Below, in pieces: positions 53,247 through 63,734 of a stretch of 64,000 nucleotides of DNA. The notes under the pieces were generated by a model. It searched no databases. It saw only the letters and a list, made by a program, of their open reading frames with translations, and was not told where the DNA came from. The number at the start of each line of letters is the position of its first letter. Positions within the stretch are counted from its first letter, which is position 1. This DNA comes from an uncultured Gemmatimonadaceae bacterium (lineage in GTDB: Bacteria; Gemmatimonadota; Gemmatimonadetes; Gemmatimonadales; Gemmatimonadaceae), in NCBI GenBank assembly GCA_963843845.1, contig CAWJMB010000003.1, forward strand, positions 199,072 through 263,071, written 5' to 3'. Both the position numbers and the translations under genes were made by a program.

Positions 53247-54583
53247 GGCGCGTGCTCGGCGTCGAGGCCGGTCGCCGGGTCGCCGCTCGCGTCGGACGCG
53301 GCAGGATCGTCGAGCTCTGGGGGGAACGCCGCGCGCACGAGATCGTCGGGCAGGTGGAGACGGTGGAGCTGTGGGAGCGCGCCGGGCACGTAGCGCGCGG
53401 CGGTCGGCACCCGGACGTACGGCCCGAAGACCTCGCGCGGCAGGCGCCGCGACATGGCGTTCGGTCGTGAGAAGCGGATGTGCCGCGTACGCCGGGTAGA
53501 CGGCCCAGCGCTCCTCGATATGGTCATGACCGCGGACCATGTGCGTGACCGGCCGGCCAGCCGTGCGGCGAGGGCGCAGAAGTCGTCGAAGTCCTCGCGA
53601 CCGAACTGACTGCCGCGCGACGCGCGGTTGGGCATCTTGCGCCGCGCCTTCGGGTGGGCCCGCGTCCACACGAAGTCGGAGAGCACCCGCGGGTCGTTCC
53701 AGTCGCCGCCGGCTTCGAGCTCCGCGGTGCAGGTCTACCAGCGGGAACCCGCCGTGCGACACGAGCAGCCCGTCGGGGAAGAAGAGCGCCCGCGGAGCCG
53801 CGGCGAACACCCGGACGGCGAGCCGGCCGGCGCGCTGCACCCAGGGATCGTCCGACAGCGCGTTGAGCGTGTCGGCGAAGTCGGAGGGCGTGACCGCCGC
53901 CGTGAATCGGTCGCCATTCCAGCCGAGCGCCTCGTCGTGGTTGCCGGCGACGAGGCAGACCGCGGCCGGGTCGGTCAGCGCGAGCTCGGCGATCGCGAAG
54001 GAACACCTCGAGGCCGTAGCCGCCGTCGTCCCAGAGGTCGCCGAGGAAGATGAAGCGCGGCGCCGCGTCGGCGGCGGCCCTGCGCGGCGACCTGGTCGAG
54101 CGCGAGGGCGAGCACGCGCCTCGAGCGCGAGCAGATCGCCGTGCAGGTCGCCGACGATCCACGAGCGGGCGCTCGGCAGCGAGCTCGACGGATGCGGATG
54201 GCACGGTCGTCGGGGCCGTCGCGGTCCGCGTCGAACAGGAAGCCGGGGCCGCCCTCCTGGTCGAGCAAGGCCTCGAGACGCGCGACCGTGTCCGCCATGC
54301 GCGCGCGCAGCGGCGCCGGGTCGGCCGCGCGTCGCAACGCCTCCCAGTCGAGCGTCTCGACCTCGACGACGCCGGCGAACGGCGGTGGCTCGGCGTGGCG
54401 GGAGGCGGCGCCGCAGGCCCGGCGCCGATCGGTGGCAGACGACCGCGATGACGGGCTCCGGCGCGCCGTCGACCGTGCGGGCCTGGGGGCGCGCGAGTGG
54501 CGTCGCGGCGCGCGGCCGGCGCGTCGCGCTCGGCGTCCCTGTCGCTCCCGGGGCCGCCGGGCCGGCGAGTCGTCAGAGCGCAC
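53243..54583 (-). CDS. PPP/calcineurin-like Ser/Thr phosphatase (start uncertain; several apparent frameshifts)
   Basis: Across frames: WIVGDLHGD, FLGDLWDDG, AGNHDE, VSHGGFP, SDFVW, QFG, MVRGHDH. Confidence 0.78.
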
Positions 54584-55924
54584 GGACGGTCAGCGGAAGC
54601 TTGACGATCCCCTTCGCCTGGCGTCCGACGGCAAGGACGTCGCCGTCACGCAGCGGGCGTGGGGCGGTGAGGGTCTCGCCGTTGAGCAGCGTCTCGTTCG
54701 GCGTGCCGGCGACCGGGGTGACCTGCCACCCGGCGGCGCCGCGCTCGACGACGCACTGGCGCGCGTCCCAGAACTCGGCGTCGGGGCCGAACTGCCGTGC
54801 GAGGTGCTTGCCGAGCTCCGTGCGCACGCCGACCTGCAGCGCGTGCGCCGCCGGCGCCGAGGAGCTGGAGCGCTCGGTGGTGATCGGGACGCGCGCCGTC
54901 GCGGCGGGCGGCGGCGCGTGCGGCGGGTGCGGCAGGTGCCGGCCGCGGAGCCGGCGTGGGTGGCGCGGCCGGCGTCGTGGCCGGCGCGGGGGCGCCGGTG
55001 CGTGGCGCCGCGGCCGCTGAGCACCGCGCGCAGCTCGGCGGCGGTCGGGCGTGCGGCCGGATCGGGCGAGAGACACCGATACAGCGCGTCGCGCGACCGC
55101 GGCGTTCTCCGCGGGCGCGGGCAAGACGCCGGCGAGCGCCGGAGGCTCCGCGGCGTGCGCGCGCACGAGCGCGGCGTACTCCGCCTGGTCGTCGCGCCAG
55201 TACGGGTGCCGGCCGGTCAGCAGCTCGTAGAGCAGGAGCCCGCAGGTGAACACGTCCGAGGGCAGCCCCGGGACGGCGCCGCGCGTGAGGTGCTCCGGCG
55301 AGCGGTAGTTGTCGGTGCCCACGTAGCCCTGATGGCCGTGCCACGGCGCGCGGCGGTCGGCGAGCAGGGAGAAGTCGGTGTCGATGAGCTTGAGCTGGTA
55401 GCCGGCGCCGATGGACGGGTCGCGAATCAGGTACACGTTCGGCGGCTTGAGGTCGGCGTGCACGATGCTTCGACTCGTGCAGCGCCGCGATGCCCGCCAT
55501 GAACACCTTGGCCCAGGTGACGTGGCGCGCCCACACGTCGGGGTCGCGGAGCGGCCACGCGCCGGTGCGCTCGTGCGCCGCGCGCTCGTCGTCGAAGATC
55601 TGCTGCAGGTCGCCGCCGTGCTCGACGAACTCGTACGCCTGGAAGTAGGTGGGGCCGCCCCACACCTCCTCGAACGCGTCGACGAGGCGGACGACGTAGT
55701 CCGCCGCCTTGCCGCCGCGCACGCGTGCCGCGAGCTCCTGCTGGTAGTCGACGAACGCCGAGTACCAGACGACCGTCGGCGCCGGCGACTTGTACTGCTT
55801 GAGGAAGATCCTGCCGGCCGTCGGGCGACTCCGCGGCGTACGAGATGGCCATCGCGCCGGGGCCGAACACCTTCGTCACGCGGTAGCCGCGGAGCGTGTC
55901 GCCGACTTTGAGCTTCTTCGCCAT
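54573..55924 (-). CDS. Hanks-type Ser/Thr protein kinase with C-terminal degenerate FHA-like domain (apparent frameshifts)
   Basis: FGPGAMAISY, FLKQY, HADLKPPNV, LIDTDFS, VGTDNYRSPEH, SDVFTCGLLLYELLTG, P.ARPT. C-terminus reads TELGK...QCVV...WQV...NETLLNG...LRDGDVLAVG. Confidence 0.82.
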
Positions 55925-55951
55925 GCGCGAGTCAGTGAGCGCGCGCCGGCA

Positions 55952-56935
55952 TCACAGCGCCACGGTCTCGGCGGACTTCGAGACGCTGGCGGCGAGCTGC
56001 TTGAGCGTCGTGCGGAAGTTGGCCGCGTCGGCCGTGTACTTCTGCAGCGCCTCCTGCGGCGTGAGCCCTTCGTACTCCACGACCTCCCACTCCGACTTGT
56101 CGATCTGGCTGAGGCGGTCGTAGCCCTCGAAGTTCGGCGCGAAGAGGCTGAGGATGATGCGGTTGGCCATCACGACGTTCGCGACGTCCTGCAGGCTGCC
56201 GCCCTTCGCCTGAGGGATCGACATCGTCTCCTTGAACGACGCGTCGGTGAACACGACGACGACGCGCGCCGCCTCGCTGCGGTAGCGCCACTGCGTCGGC
56301 TCCTCGCTCTGCGCGCCCTTCGGGCGTCGCCTCCATCGTCGCCACCTGTAAGAGCGCGTCGAGCAGCGACTCCGGCTCGTCGCCGCCGCCCTGGGCGCGG
56401 AGCGTGCGCCAGCTGCGCCTTGAGCGCGACCGCGTCGCGCACGAACGGGTGGTCCTCGATCCACGGCAGCCCCTCGGCGTCCGCCGCCTCGATGTCGCGA
56501 TAGCCGACGACCTTGCCGCGCCAGTCCTTCACCGGCGCGGCGTTGTTCGCGTCGCCCGTGCTCAGCGAGTCGATGAAGACCTCGATGTTGCGGCGCAGCG
56601 CGTCGATGCACGGGCGCCATGCTGCCGCTGACGTCGACGAGGAAGACGATGTCGGCCACGCCCTTGGTCTTCGCCCGCGGCGCGGGCGCCGGCGCGGGCG
56701 CGAGTGGGGCCGCGGCCGGCGGGGGCGGCGCCTGTGCGGCCGCCGCATCGGACGCGGCGACGGGGTCGATCACGCCGGCGGCCCCCGGCGCGGACGCCGT
56801 GTCGGCCGCTGGTACCTCGGGGCCCGGACCATCGGCGCCCGGGCCATCGAGGATCGCCTTCTCCGGTGGAGTGGGAGCGGTCTCGAACTCGGCCTCGGCC
56901 TCGGCAGGAGAGCTCGGGGGGAGCGGTGTAGCCAT
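55952..56935 (-). CDS. vWA (MIDAS) domain protein with Ala/Pro-rich N-terminus (apparent frameshifts)
   Basis: DIVFLVDVSGSM (DxSxS), VVGYRD, GGGDEPESLLDAL, WR...RVVVVFTDA. Confidence 0.82.
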   Translation of the reverse strand: MATPLPPSSPAEAEAEFETAPTPPEKAILDGPGADGPGPEVPAADTASAPGAAGVIDPVAASDAAAAQAPPPPAAAPLAPAPAPAPRAKTKGVADIVFLVDVSGSMAPVHRRAAPQHRGLHRLAEHGRREQRRAGEGLARQGRRLSRHRGGGRRGAAVDRGPPVRARRGRAQGAAGARSAPRAAATSRSRCSTRSYRWRRWRRRPKGAQSEEPTQWRYRSEAARVVVVFTDASFKETMSIPQAKGGSLQDVANVVMANRIILSLFAPNFEGYDRLSQIDKSEWEVVEYEGLTPQEALQKYTADAANFRTTLKQLAASVSKSAETVAL

Positions 56936-57054
56936 CGGTGCGGTACCTCGCAAAGTGCGTGAGTGGAGAGCGCTCCTCCTTCTGCACGTCCGCTGCCGCG
57001 CCCGCCAATCCGATGCGAAACGGCGGGTCGCGCGGCACGGTGCCACGGTACTAA

Positions 57055-57091
57055 ATAATAACGGAGCCCGGAAGGGTAATTATGGGCTCCG
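57055..57091 (-). promoter_or_regulatory. AT-rich promoter region with inverted repeat upstream of the vWA operon
   Basis: CGGAGCCC-N14-GGGCTCCG (57062-57091) abuts a minus-strand TATTAT hexamer (57055-57060). Confidence 0.45.
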
Positions 57092-57536
57092 ATGTGTTGC
57101 AGTCTCGACCACGGTACGCCTCGACGCATTGGCGCCACCCGCGACGGCGGGAGGAGCCCCGGCACGAGATGGCTGTTAGCGTGCAGGCGGAACGCGCTCC
57201 TGGTGATGTTGCGTCCCATCGTGACGTACCGACTCCGCTAGTGTCCATGACCCCTGATAGGCCCGTCCCGACGCCATCGCGGATGACGTCCGACCTGCTG
57301 ATCGGCATCGCCGCGGCCTGTCGGCGGACGGCGCGCGGTGTTGCGTCGCTCCTCGGGGGAGCGTCGAGCGGGATGCTGTGCCCGGCCCCGTGCGGTGCGC
57401 AGCCGGCGGCCGACACCGCGCACCGTCCGCGCGTCAATCTCGTCACGCCCATCGGCCCCGCGTCGATCACGTCCGCCAGACGACGGCTGAACGAGCGGCC
57501 GCGCCTCGCCGCCGAGATTGGCGACCGGGTTCTGAC

Positions 57537-59102
57537 GTGAGCCGCCCCTGGAACGCCGTCCGGCGACGTACGTGGGTGGGAGTCACCGCGGGCGCGGTCG
57601 TCGTCGTCGCCCTGGCCGTCCTCGGCGTCGGGCTGTCCGGCCTGGGCGACGCCGTGGACGGCGCCACCAGCGAGCCCGCCCAGTGGGCCGGCGGCCTCGT
57701 CGCGCTGCTCGTCGCCGCGTTCGCTGTCGTCGGTCTGCGCGACACCATCGCGGCGGGCGACCGGCTGTCGGTGCGGATCATGAGCGGCGTACTGCGCCTG
57801 CTCCTCCTCGTGCTCGCGACCATCGGACTGTTCGACACCCTGCGCGGCTCCGCACTCCAGGGCATCCGGGTCCTCGGCGAGTCGGGGCGCACCGTCCCCG
57901 TCTCGCACCCCGCGTTCCGCACCACCATGGAGCTCATGACCGGCACGCCGCTGTCGGCTGGTAACACGGTGGCCGTGATGACCAACGGCGACGAGACGTA
58001 CCCGCTGCTCTGGGACGACCTACGTGCCGCCCACCGCTCGATCGCGCTCCAGCTCTATTACGTCGAGCCGGGGCGGATGGCCGACGAGCTCCGGGAGATC
58101 CTGACCGAGCGGGCCCGCGCCGGCGTGCGCGTCCTCTTGCTCGTCGACGCGTTCGGCGCCGAGGCCGTGCCGGCCGGGTACTTCGACGCCCTTCGCGCCG
58201 CGGGCGTGGAGGTCGCTCGATTCCGGCCGCTGCGCTTGATCTCGCTGCACCGAGTGAACGCCCGGTCGCACGTCCGCGTGATCTCGGTCGATGGAGTCGT
58301 CGGCTACACGGGGGGGTTCGGGATCGCCGACAAGTGGTACGGCACCGGCCGACTGGCCGGGGAGTGGCGCGAGACGAACGTCCGGTTCACCGGGCCGGCC
58401 GTGGGACAGCTGCTCGCGGCGTTCGCCGTGGGATGGGCCGAGGCGACGGGACACCTGCTGACGCTCGACCCGGATGCGGCCGCGGCGCTCACCGGTGATA
58501 CCCCCGGTGAGGCGGACACCTCCGCGCCGGCCGTCGTCTCCCGCGGCCTGCCCGTCGCCGCGGCCGGGCTGCTGCACACCGCGCCGACGTTGGGCAGCAC
58601 GCGCGCCGAGCGGTTCCTCTCCCTCTCCATCGGTTCGGCACGCGAGCGGCTCTACGTCACCAACGCGTACTTCGTCCCCGGCACATACTTCCGCCGGCTG
58701 CTGGAGCGGGCCGCCGCGCGCGGCGTCGACGTGCGCGTGCTGACCACCGGCTCTTCGGACGTGTCGACCACCTGGTACGCGGGGCGGGCGCAGTACGCCG
58801 ACCTCCTCGCCGCCGGCGTGCGCATCTACGAGTACACGCCGACCATGATGCATGCGAAGACGATGGTCGTGGACGGCCGCTGGATCTCGGTGGGGAGCAT
58901 GAACTTCGACAACCGATCGCTCGTGTTCAACGACGAGGCGAATCTCGTCGCGCTCGACACGGCGTTGGGCAGTCGACTGGAGGCCATCTTCCTGGCCGAC
59001 CTCGCGTTCGCGCGCGAGGTGACGCCTGCGTCGTTCGCCCGGCGCCCGTGGTGGCACCGGCCGCGTGAGTGGGTCGCGAGCCTGCTCACCCGCGTCCTGT
59101 GA
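57537..59102 (+). CDS. Cardiolipin synthase-like phospholipase D with N-terminal TM helices
   Basis: NGDETYP, LLVDAFG, variant HKD RSHVRVISVDG..GYTGG, WRETN, TNAYFVP, second HKD MHAKTMVVDG..GSMNFDNRS. Confidence 0.88.
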   Translation: MSRPWNAVRRRTWVGVTAGAVVVVALAVLGVGLSGLGDAVDGATSEPAQWAGGLVALLVAAFAVVGLRDTIAAGDRLSVRIMSGVLRLLLLVLATIGLFDTLRGSALQGIRVLGESGRTVPVSHPAFRTTMELMTGTPLSAGNTVAVMTNGDETYPLLWDDLRAAHRSIALQLYYVEPGRMADELREILTERARAGVRVLLLVDAFGAEAVPAGYFDALRAAGVEVARFRPLRLISLHRVNARSHVRVISVDGVVGYTGGFGIADKWYGTGRLAGEWRETNVRFTGPAVGQLLAAFAVGWAEATGHLLTLDPDAAAALTGDTPGEADTSAPAVVSRGLPVAAAGLLHTAPTLGSTRAERFLSLSIGSARERLYVTNAYFVPGTYFRRLLERAAARGVDVRVLTTGSSDVSTTWYAGRAQYADLLAAGVRIYEYTPTMMHAKTMVVDGRWISVGSMNFDNRSLVFNDEANLVALDTALGSRLEAIFLADLAFAREVTPASFARRPWWHRPREWVASLLTRVL

Positions 59103-59193
59103 CGTGCACGAGGACGGACGACTCATGGGCGCAGTCGGGTTGCACACGGACAGCCGCCGAGGTGAGGGGCGGCGGACCGTCACCGCGCGGGGC

Positions 59194-61115
59194 TCACTCC
59201 GCGGCGCCGGCAACGAACAGCTCGACGGCGCGCGGAGGCATGCGAACGGACGCGCGCTGCGTGCTCGCGTCCGGGGTCGACTCGGACGCCACGGTCGCCG
59301 GGTCGTCGCCGGAATACCTCGCCGACACGGTCGACAGCACGCGCCGCCACGGCGGCGCCGTCCGGCCCGCGACGTCCGCGGGAAGCGCGATCTCGCGGCA
59401 CTCGTCGGCCAGGTTGTGGACGAGGCACACCGCGCGCGCCGAGGCGGCATGCGGTACGAGCACGAGCGTGCCGGACTGCCCGTCCTCGGCGGCGCGGGTC
59501 ACGGCGTCGGCGGCGCCGGGGCGGAGTGCGGGCTCCGACCGCCGCAGCGCGAGCGCGTCGCGGTAGAGCGCACGCAGCGCGGCGCCGCGCGGCGTGCACC
59601 GCCGGCCGTGATCGAGCCGCGACCGCACGAACGTCGCCGGGTCGCCCGGGTCGGGCACCCCGTCACCCCACGCGAAGTCCGCGAACTCCGCACGCCGCCC
59701 CTCGCGCACCGCATCGAGCAGCGCCGCGTCGCCATGGCTCACGAAGTACAGGAACGGATTCGTCTCGCCATACTCCTCGCCCATGAAGAGCAGCGGCACG
59801 TAGCCCGAGAGGAGCACGAGCGCCGCGGCCGCCTTCTGCCGCTCGAAGTCGACGAGCGCGCCGAGTCGGTCGCCGGTCGCACGGTTGCCGACCTGATCGT
59901 GGTTCTGCAGCGCGACGACGAAGCGGTCGCGCGAGACGCCGCGGCCCCCCGTCGTGGTCGATCGGCGAACGCTCGGGCGAGAATCCTCGCCCCTCGCGCA
60001 CGAACGGGGTGCCTAACGCATTCGCCACCGCGATGCCCGCGAACGGCGCATAGTAGCCGCGCATCTCGCCGGTCAGCGCGACGTGCACCGCGTGGTGCAG
60101 GTCGTCGGCCCACTGCGCGTCGAAGCCGAGGCCGCCGTCGGCAGTGGGCGTCACCACGCGCGGGTCGTTCAGGTCGCTCTCGGCGATGACGTGCGCGCGG
60201 CGGCCTGACGCGTGCGCGCGGTCGTGCACGGCGTCGGTCAGCTCCGCGAGCAGGTGGCGCGGCGACGCGTCGTAGATGCCGTGCACCGCGTCGAGTCGGA
60301 GCGCGTCGACGCGACAGTCGGTGATCCAGTACAGCGCGTTCTCGATCACGTGCCGCCGCACCCGGGCGCTGCCCGCGCCCGTCGAGATTCACCGCGCGCC
60401 CCACGGGGTCGTGTAGCGCTCGGTGAAGTACGGGCCGTATGCGTCGAGGTAGTTCCCCTCGGGGCCGAGGTGGTTGTAGACGACGTCGAGCACGACCGCG
60501 ATCCCCTCGCCGTGCGCGGCGTCGACGAGGCGGCGCAACCCCTCGGGTCCGCCGTAGCTGCTCTGCGGCGGCGTAGAGGTGCACGCCGTCGTACCCCCAG
60601 TTGCGCCCCCCGGGGAACTCCGCGATCGGCATCAGCTCGATCGCCGTGACGCCGAGCTCGCGGAGCGCAGCGAGGTGAGGGATGACGCCGTCGAACGTGC
60701 CGGCGTCGCTGAACGTGCCGACGTGCAGCTCGTAGATCACGTAGTCGGCCATCGCGTCGAGCCCGCGCCACGCCGTGTCGCGCCACGCGAACGCGCCCGC
60801 GTCGACGACGCGCGACGGGCCGTGCACGCCGCGCGGCTGCCAGCGGCTCCGCGGGTCGGGGAGCGCACGGTCGCCGTCGAGCACGAAGCGGTAGTCGAGT
60901 CCCGCCGACGCGCCGGCGACCGTGCCGGCGAACAGGTCGCGGTCACGGTGCAGCGCGATCTCGTCGAGCGGGGCGCCGTGCCCGTCGAGCAGGCGAACCC
61001 GGACCGATCGGCTGCGCGGCGCCCACACCGCGAAGCGCACACCGTCGCCGTCGACGACCGCGCCGAGTGTCTCCTCGGACGCCGCGTCGTCCGGCTGCTG
61101 CTCTGTCGTCGCCAC
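59194..61115 (-). CDS. treZ: Malto-oligosyltrehalose trehalohydrolase, GH13 (apparent frameshifts)
   Basis: [80 protein letters not shown]. Confidence 0.9.
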
Positions 61116-61272
61116 CGTGCCCCACCCGCCTTCGCCCTGGATTGATGGCGGGCCCAGCGCCGCCGCTCCGTCGCTGCGTCCTCGCGACGACGTCCCTCGT
61201 GCCGTGCGGCGTCGCGCAGACGACGTGCCGAGGCTTCGGGCCCGGCGTGGAATCCGGCCGACGCGCCGTACG

Positions 61273-61821
61273 TCAGCGACTCCAGGGCGGCACGACGTTG
61301 TTGCTGCGCGCGTAGGCGATGAGCTGGCCGAGGTGCTCGTGCAGATGCGTGGCGGTGAAGATCAGCGCCAGCTGGCGCGTCATCGGCTGACCGAAGAAGC
61401 TGATCGTCTGGCTGCGGTTCGCGTCCGTCGTGAGGTCCATGGCCTCGTGCAGATGCGTGAACGACGCCTCGACCTCGGCGACGATCCGCTCCTTCGACTG
61501 CTTGCGCGTCTCGTAGGCGCCGACCGATTTCGGGTCGGCCGCGTCGATCGCGACCGAGGCGGGGACCGGCTTTCCCATCGTCGACGGGATGAGGTAGTTG
61601 TCGCCGGCGACGTGGAGGAGCGTCTCGCCGACCGAGCGGGCGCCCGGCGGGCGCCAGTCGTACGCGGTCGCGGGGATCGCCTTCGCGAGTGCGACGATCT
61701 TCTGCTGCACCCCGTTCACGTCGCGGTGCAGATCGGCCACGACGTCCTGCGCCGACGCGGACGCGGGGAGCACGAGGGAGGCGAGGAGCGTGAGTGTCGG
61801 CGTGCGGGTCGGCATGCGCAT
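61273..61821 (-). CDS. Secreted DinB-family protein
   Basis: Signal peptide; RSVGETLLHVA; HLHEHLGQLIAYARSNNVVPPWS. Confidence 0.85.
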   Translation of the reverse strand: MRMPTRTPTLTLLASLVLPASASAQDVVADLHRDVNGVQQKIVALAKAIPATAYDWRPPGARSVGETLLHVAGDNYLIPSTMGKPVPASVAIDAADPKSVGAYETRKQSKERIVAEVEASFTHLHEAMDLTTDANRSQTISFFGQPMTRQLALIFTATHLHEHLGQLIAYARSNNVVPPWSR

Positions 61822-61861
61822 CGAGCGAGTCCTCGGACGGGGGTGGGAAGTTCGTCGCGCG

Positions 61862-62926
61862 CTACTCGACACGAATGAACGCCAGCGCGTTGTTCGCGTT
61901 CATCGGAATCACGAGCTGGTTCGCGCCGGCGTCGTAGCACATCGACGCGGCGCTCGGAATGTTGCGCGCGATCAGCTCCGCCGCACGCCCCGGCCGGATG
62001 CGCGACACGCCTCCGTGTACGACGCTGCTCACGTACTTCGTCCCGTCGCGCATGATCACGAGACCGTCGTTGCCAGGCTGCGCGGCGCGTTCGGTCTTCA
62101 CCAGCCGCCCGCCGGCGCGAACGTCAGCACCTCGTCGTCGCCGATGTTCACGACGACGACGTTGTCCCTGCGCGTCGAGCGCGACGCCGTTGGGCTGCGC
62201 AGCGGCGCGCCCTGCACGAAGATCGACGCCGTCGCCGTCGGCGCGATCTTCCACACCTGCCACGTCGCGGGGTTCGCGGCGTCGCCGCGGTCGCCGGTCT
62301 GCGTCGCGTACACGGTGCCGTCGTCGGCGACTTCGATGTCGTTGAACCACGTCGACTGCGGCACGCGCATCTCGCCGGCCGGCGCGCCGGTCTTCATGTC
62401 GAACCTGCGCACGACGGCGACGCTCGGCTCCGCGGCCGTCGTGCCGCCGTCGCGGTCGGCGACGTACAGCATGCCGTTCGCGATGTCGCTGCCGTACGGC
62501 TCGTTCAGCACGAGCGGCGGCGTCAGCGCGCCGCGCGCCGGCGGGTCCTGCACGCCGAGCCAGCGCGCCGTGTGCACGGAGCCGTCGTGATTGAGGAACG
62601 AGATCCACGCGTTGTTGCGTCTGCACGTTCTGCGGCACGCCGCGGTTCGGCACGACGATCACGCCGCGCTGCGGGTCGTACGAGCAGCTCTCCGCCGAGT
62701 AGATCGCGCCGTAGACCTTGACGTTCGACGAGATCGGTTCGAAGGCGGCGCTCGGCGCGTCCGGCGCGTTCGGCGTCGGCGCGACCGGGAGGCCGAGTCG
62801 ATTGCCGACGACGAAGGGCTGCGGCTGCTGCGCCGCCTGCTGCGCGACGAGGGCGACCGCGGCGGCGCCGGTGGCGGTGCCGACGACGAGCGCGGACGCG
62901 CCGACGACGAACGTGGCTCGGGTCAT
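61862..62926 (-). CDS. Secreted SMP-30/gluconolactonase-like beta-propeller (apparent frameshifts)
   Basis: Signal peptide; AESCSYD, WFNDIEVADDGTVY, QPNGVALD, GNDGLVI. Confidence 0.72.
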   Translation of the reverse strand: MTRATFVVGASALVVGTATGAAAVALVAQQAAQQPQPFVVGNRLGLPVAPTPNAPDAPSAAFEPISSNVKVYGAIYSAESCSYDPQRGVIVVPNRGVPQNVQTQQRVDLVPQSRRLRAHGALARRAGPAGARRADAAARAERAVRQRHRERHAVRRRPRRRHDGRGAERRRRAQVRHEDRRAGRRDARAAVDVVQRHRSRRRRHRVRDADRRPRRRREPRDVAGVEDRADGDGVDLRAGRAAAQPNGVALDAQGQRRRREHRRRRGADVRAGGRLVKTERAAQPGNDGLVIMRDGTKYVSSVVHGGVSRIRPGRAAELIARNIPSAASMCYDAGANQLVIPMNANNALAFIRVE

Positions 62927-63194
62927 GTCGACGTCTCCGAGAAGTGGGCCGGCGGTGGCCGCGCGCGGCGAGCGGCGGCGTGGAGCGGGAACGATAGCGC
63001 CACGCCGCCCGCTCAGCAGCGCCGCCGGCGGCGCCGAATGTGCGGAGCGCGGGGGCGGCACTCTCCGCGTCCGCCGCGCTGCCCGCGGCCTTCCCCCTTC
63101 CCCGGTCCGGCATGCCCCACGACAGCTCCTGCCCCGAGGCGACCCCGCAACCGCCGAACGCGGCGCGAGCCCACGACGCGCTGCGGGGGGCGCG

Positions 63195-63734
63195 ATGAGC
63201 AGCGCCTGGTTCGACGGATGGGCGGTGCTGCTGCGCACGCTGCTGGTCGGCACGGCCGCCTACGTCGCGCTCGTCGTGCTCCTGCGCGCGTCGGGGAAGC
63301 GCACGCTCGCGAAGCTCAACGCGTTCGACCTCGTCGTCACCGTCGCGCTGGGATCGACGTTCGCGTCCCTCCTGACCTCGAAGGACGTCGCCCTCGCGCA
63401 GGGCGTCGTCGCCTTCGCGCTGCTCATCGGTCTCCAGTTCGTGGTGACGTGGGGGTCCGTGCGCTGGGACTGGCTGCGCGACGCGGTGCGGTCGGAGCCG
63501 ACGCTGTTGCTGCACCGCGGCGCGCCCCTGACCGACGCGATGCGCCGCGAGCGCGTCACGCTCGGCGAGCTCGAAGCCTCCGCGCGCGCGGCCGGCGCGT
63601 CCGACCTCGCGCACGTCGAGAGCGTCGTGCTCGAGACCGACGGCTCGCTCAGCGTCGTACGCGCGGCGCCGAGCGCGGCGCCGAGCGCGGCGGGCGACCC
63701 GACGGCGTCGCTCACTTCGGCCGCGGGTCCGTGA
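63195..63734 (+). CDS. DUF421 (YetF-like) membrane protein
   Basis: RASGKRTLAKLNAFDLVVTVALGS, EPTLL, VVLETDGSLSV. Confidence 0.9.
   Translation: MSSAWFDGWAVLLRTLLVGTAAYVALVVLLRASGKRTLAKLNAFDLVVTVALGSTFASLLTSKDVALAQGVVAFALLIGLQFVVTWGSVRWDWLRDAVRSEPTLLLHRGAPLTDAMRRERVTLGELEASARAAGASDLAHVESVVLETDGSLSVVRAAPSAAPSAAGDPTASLTSAAGP

Noticed and set aside
55952-56935. Calling the vWA gene terY and the operon TerY-P
   Set aside because: The vWA has a GGGDEPE-type signature, the phosphatase is PPP rather than PP2C, and the gene order differs. It is reported as a distinct candidate system instead.
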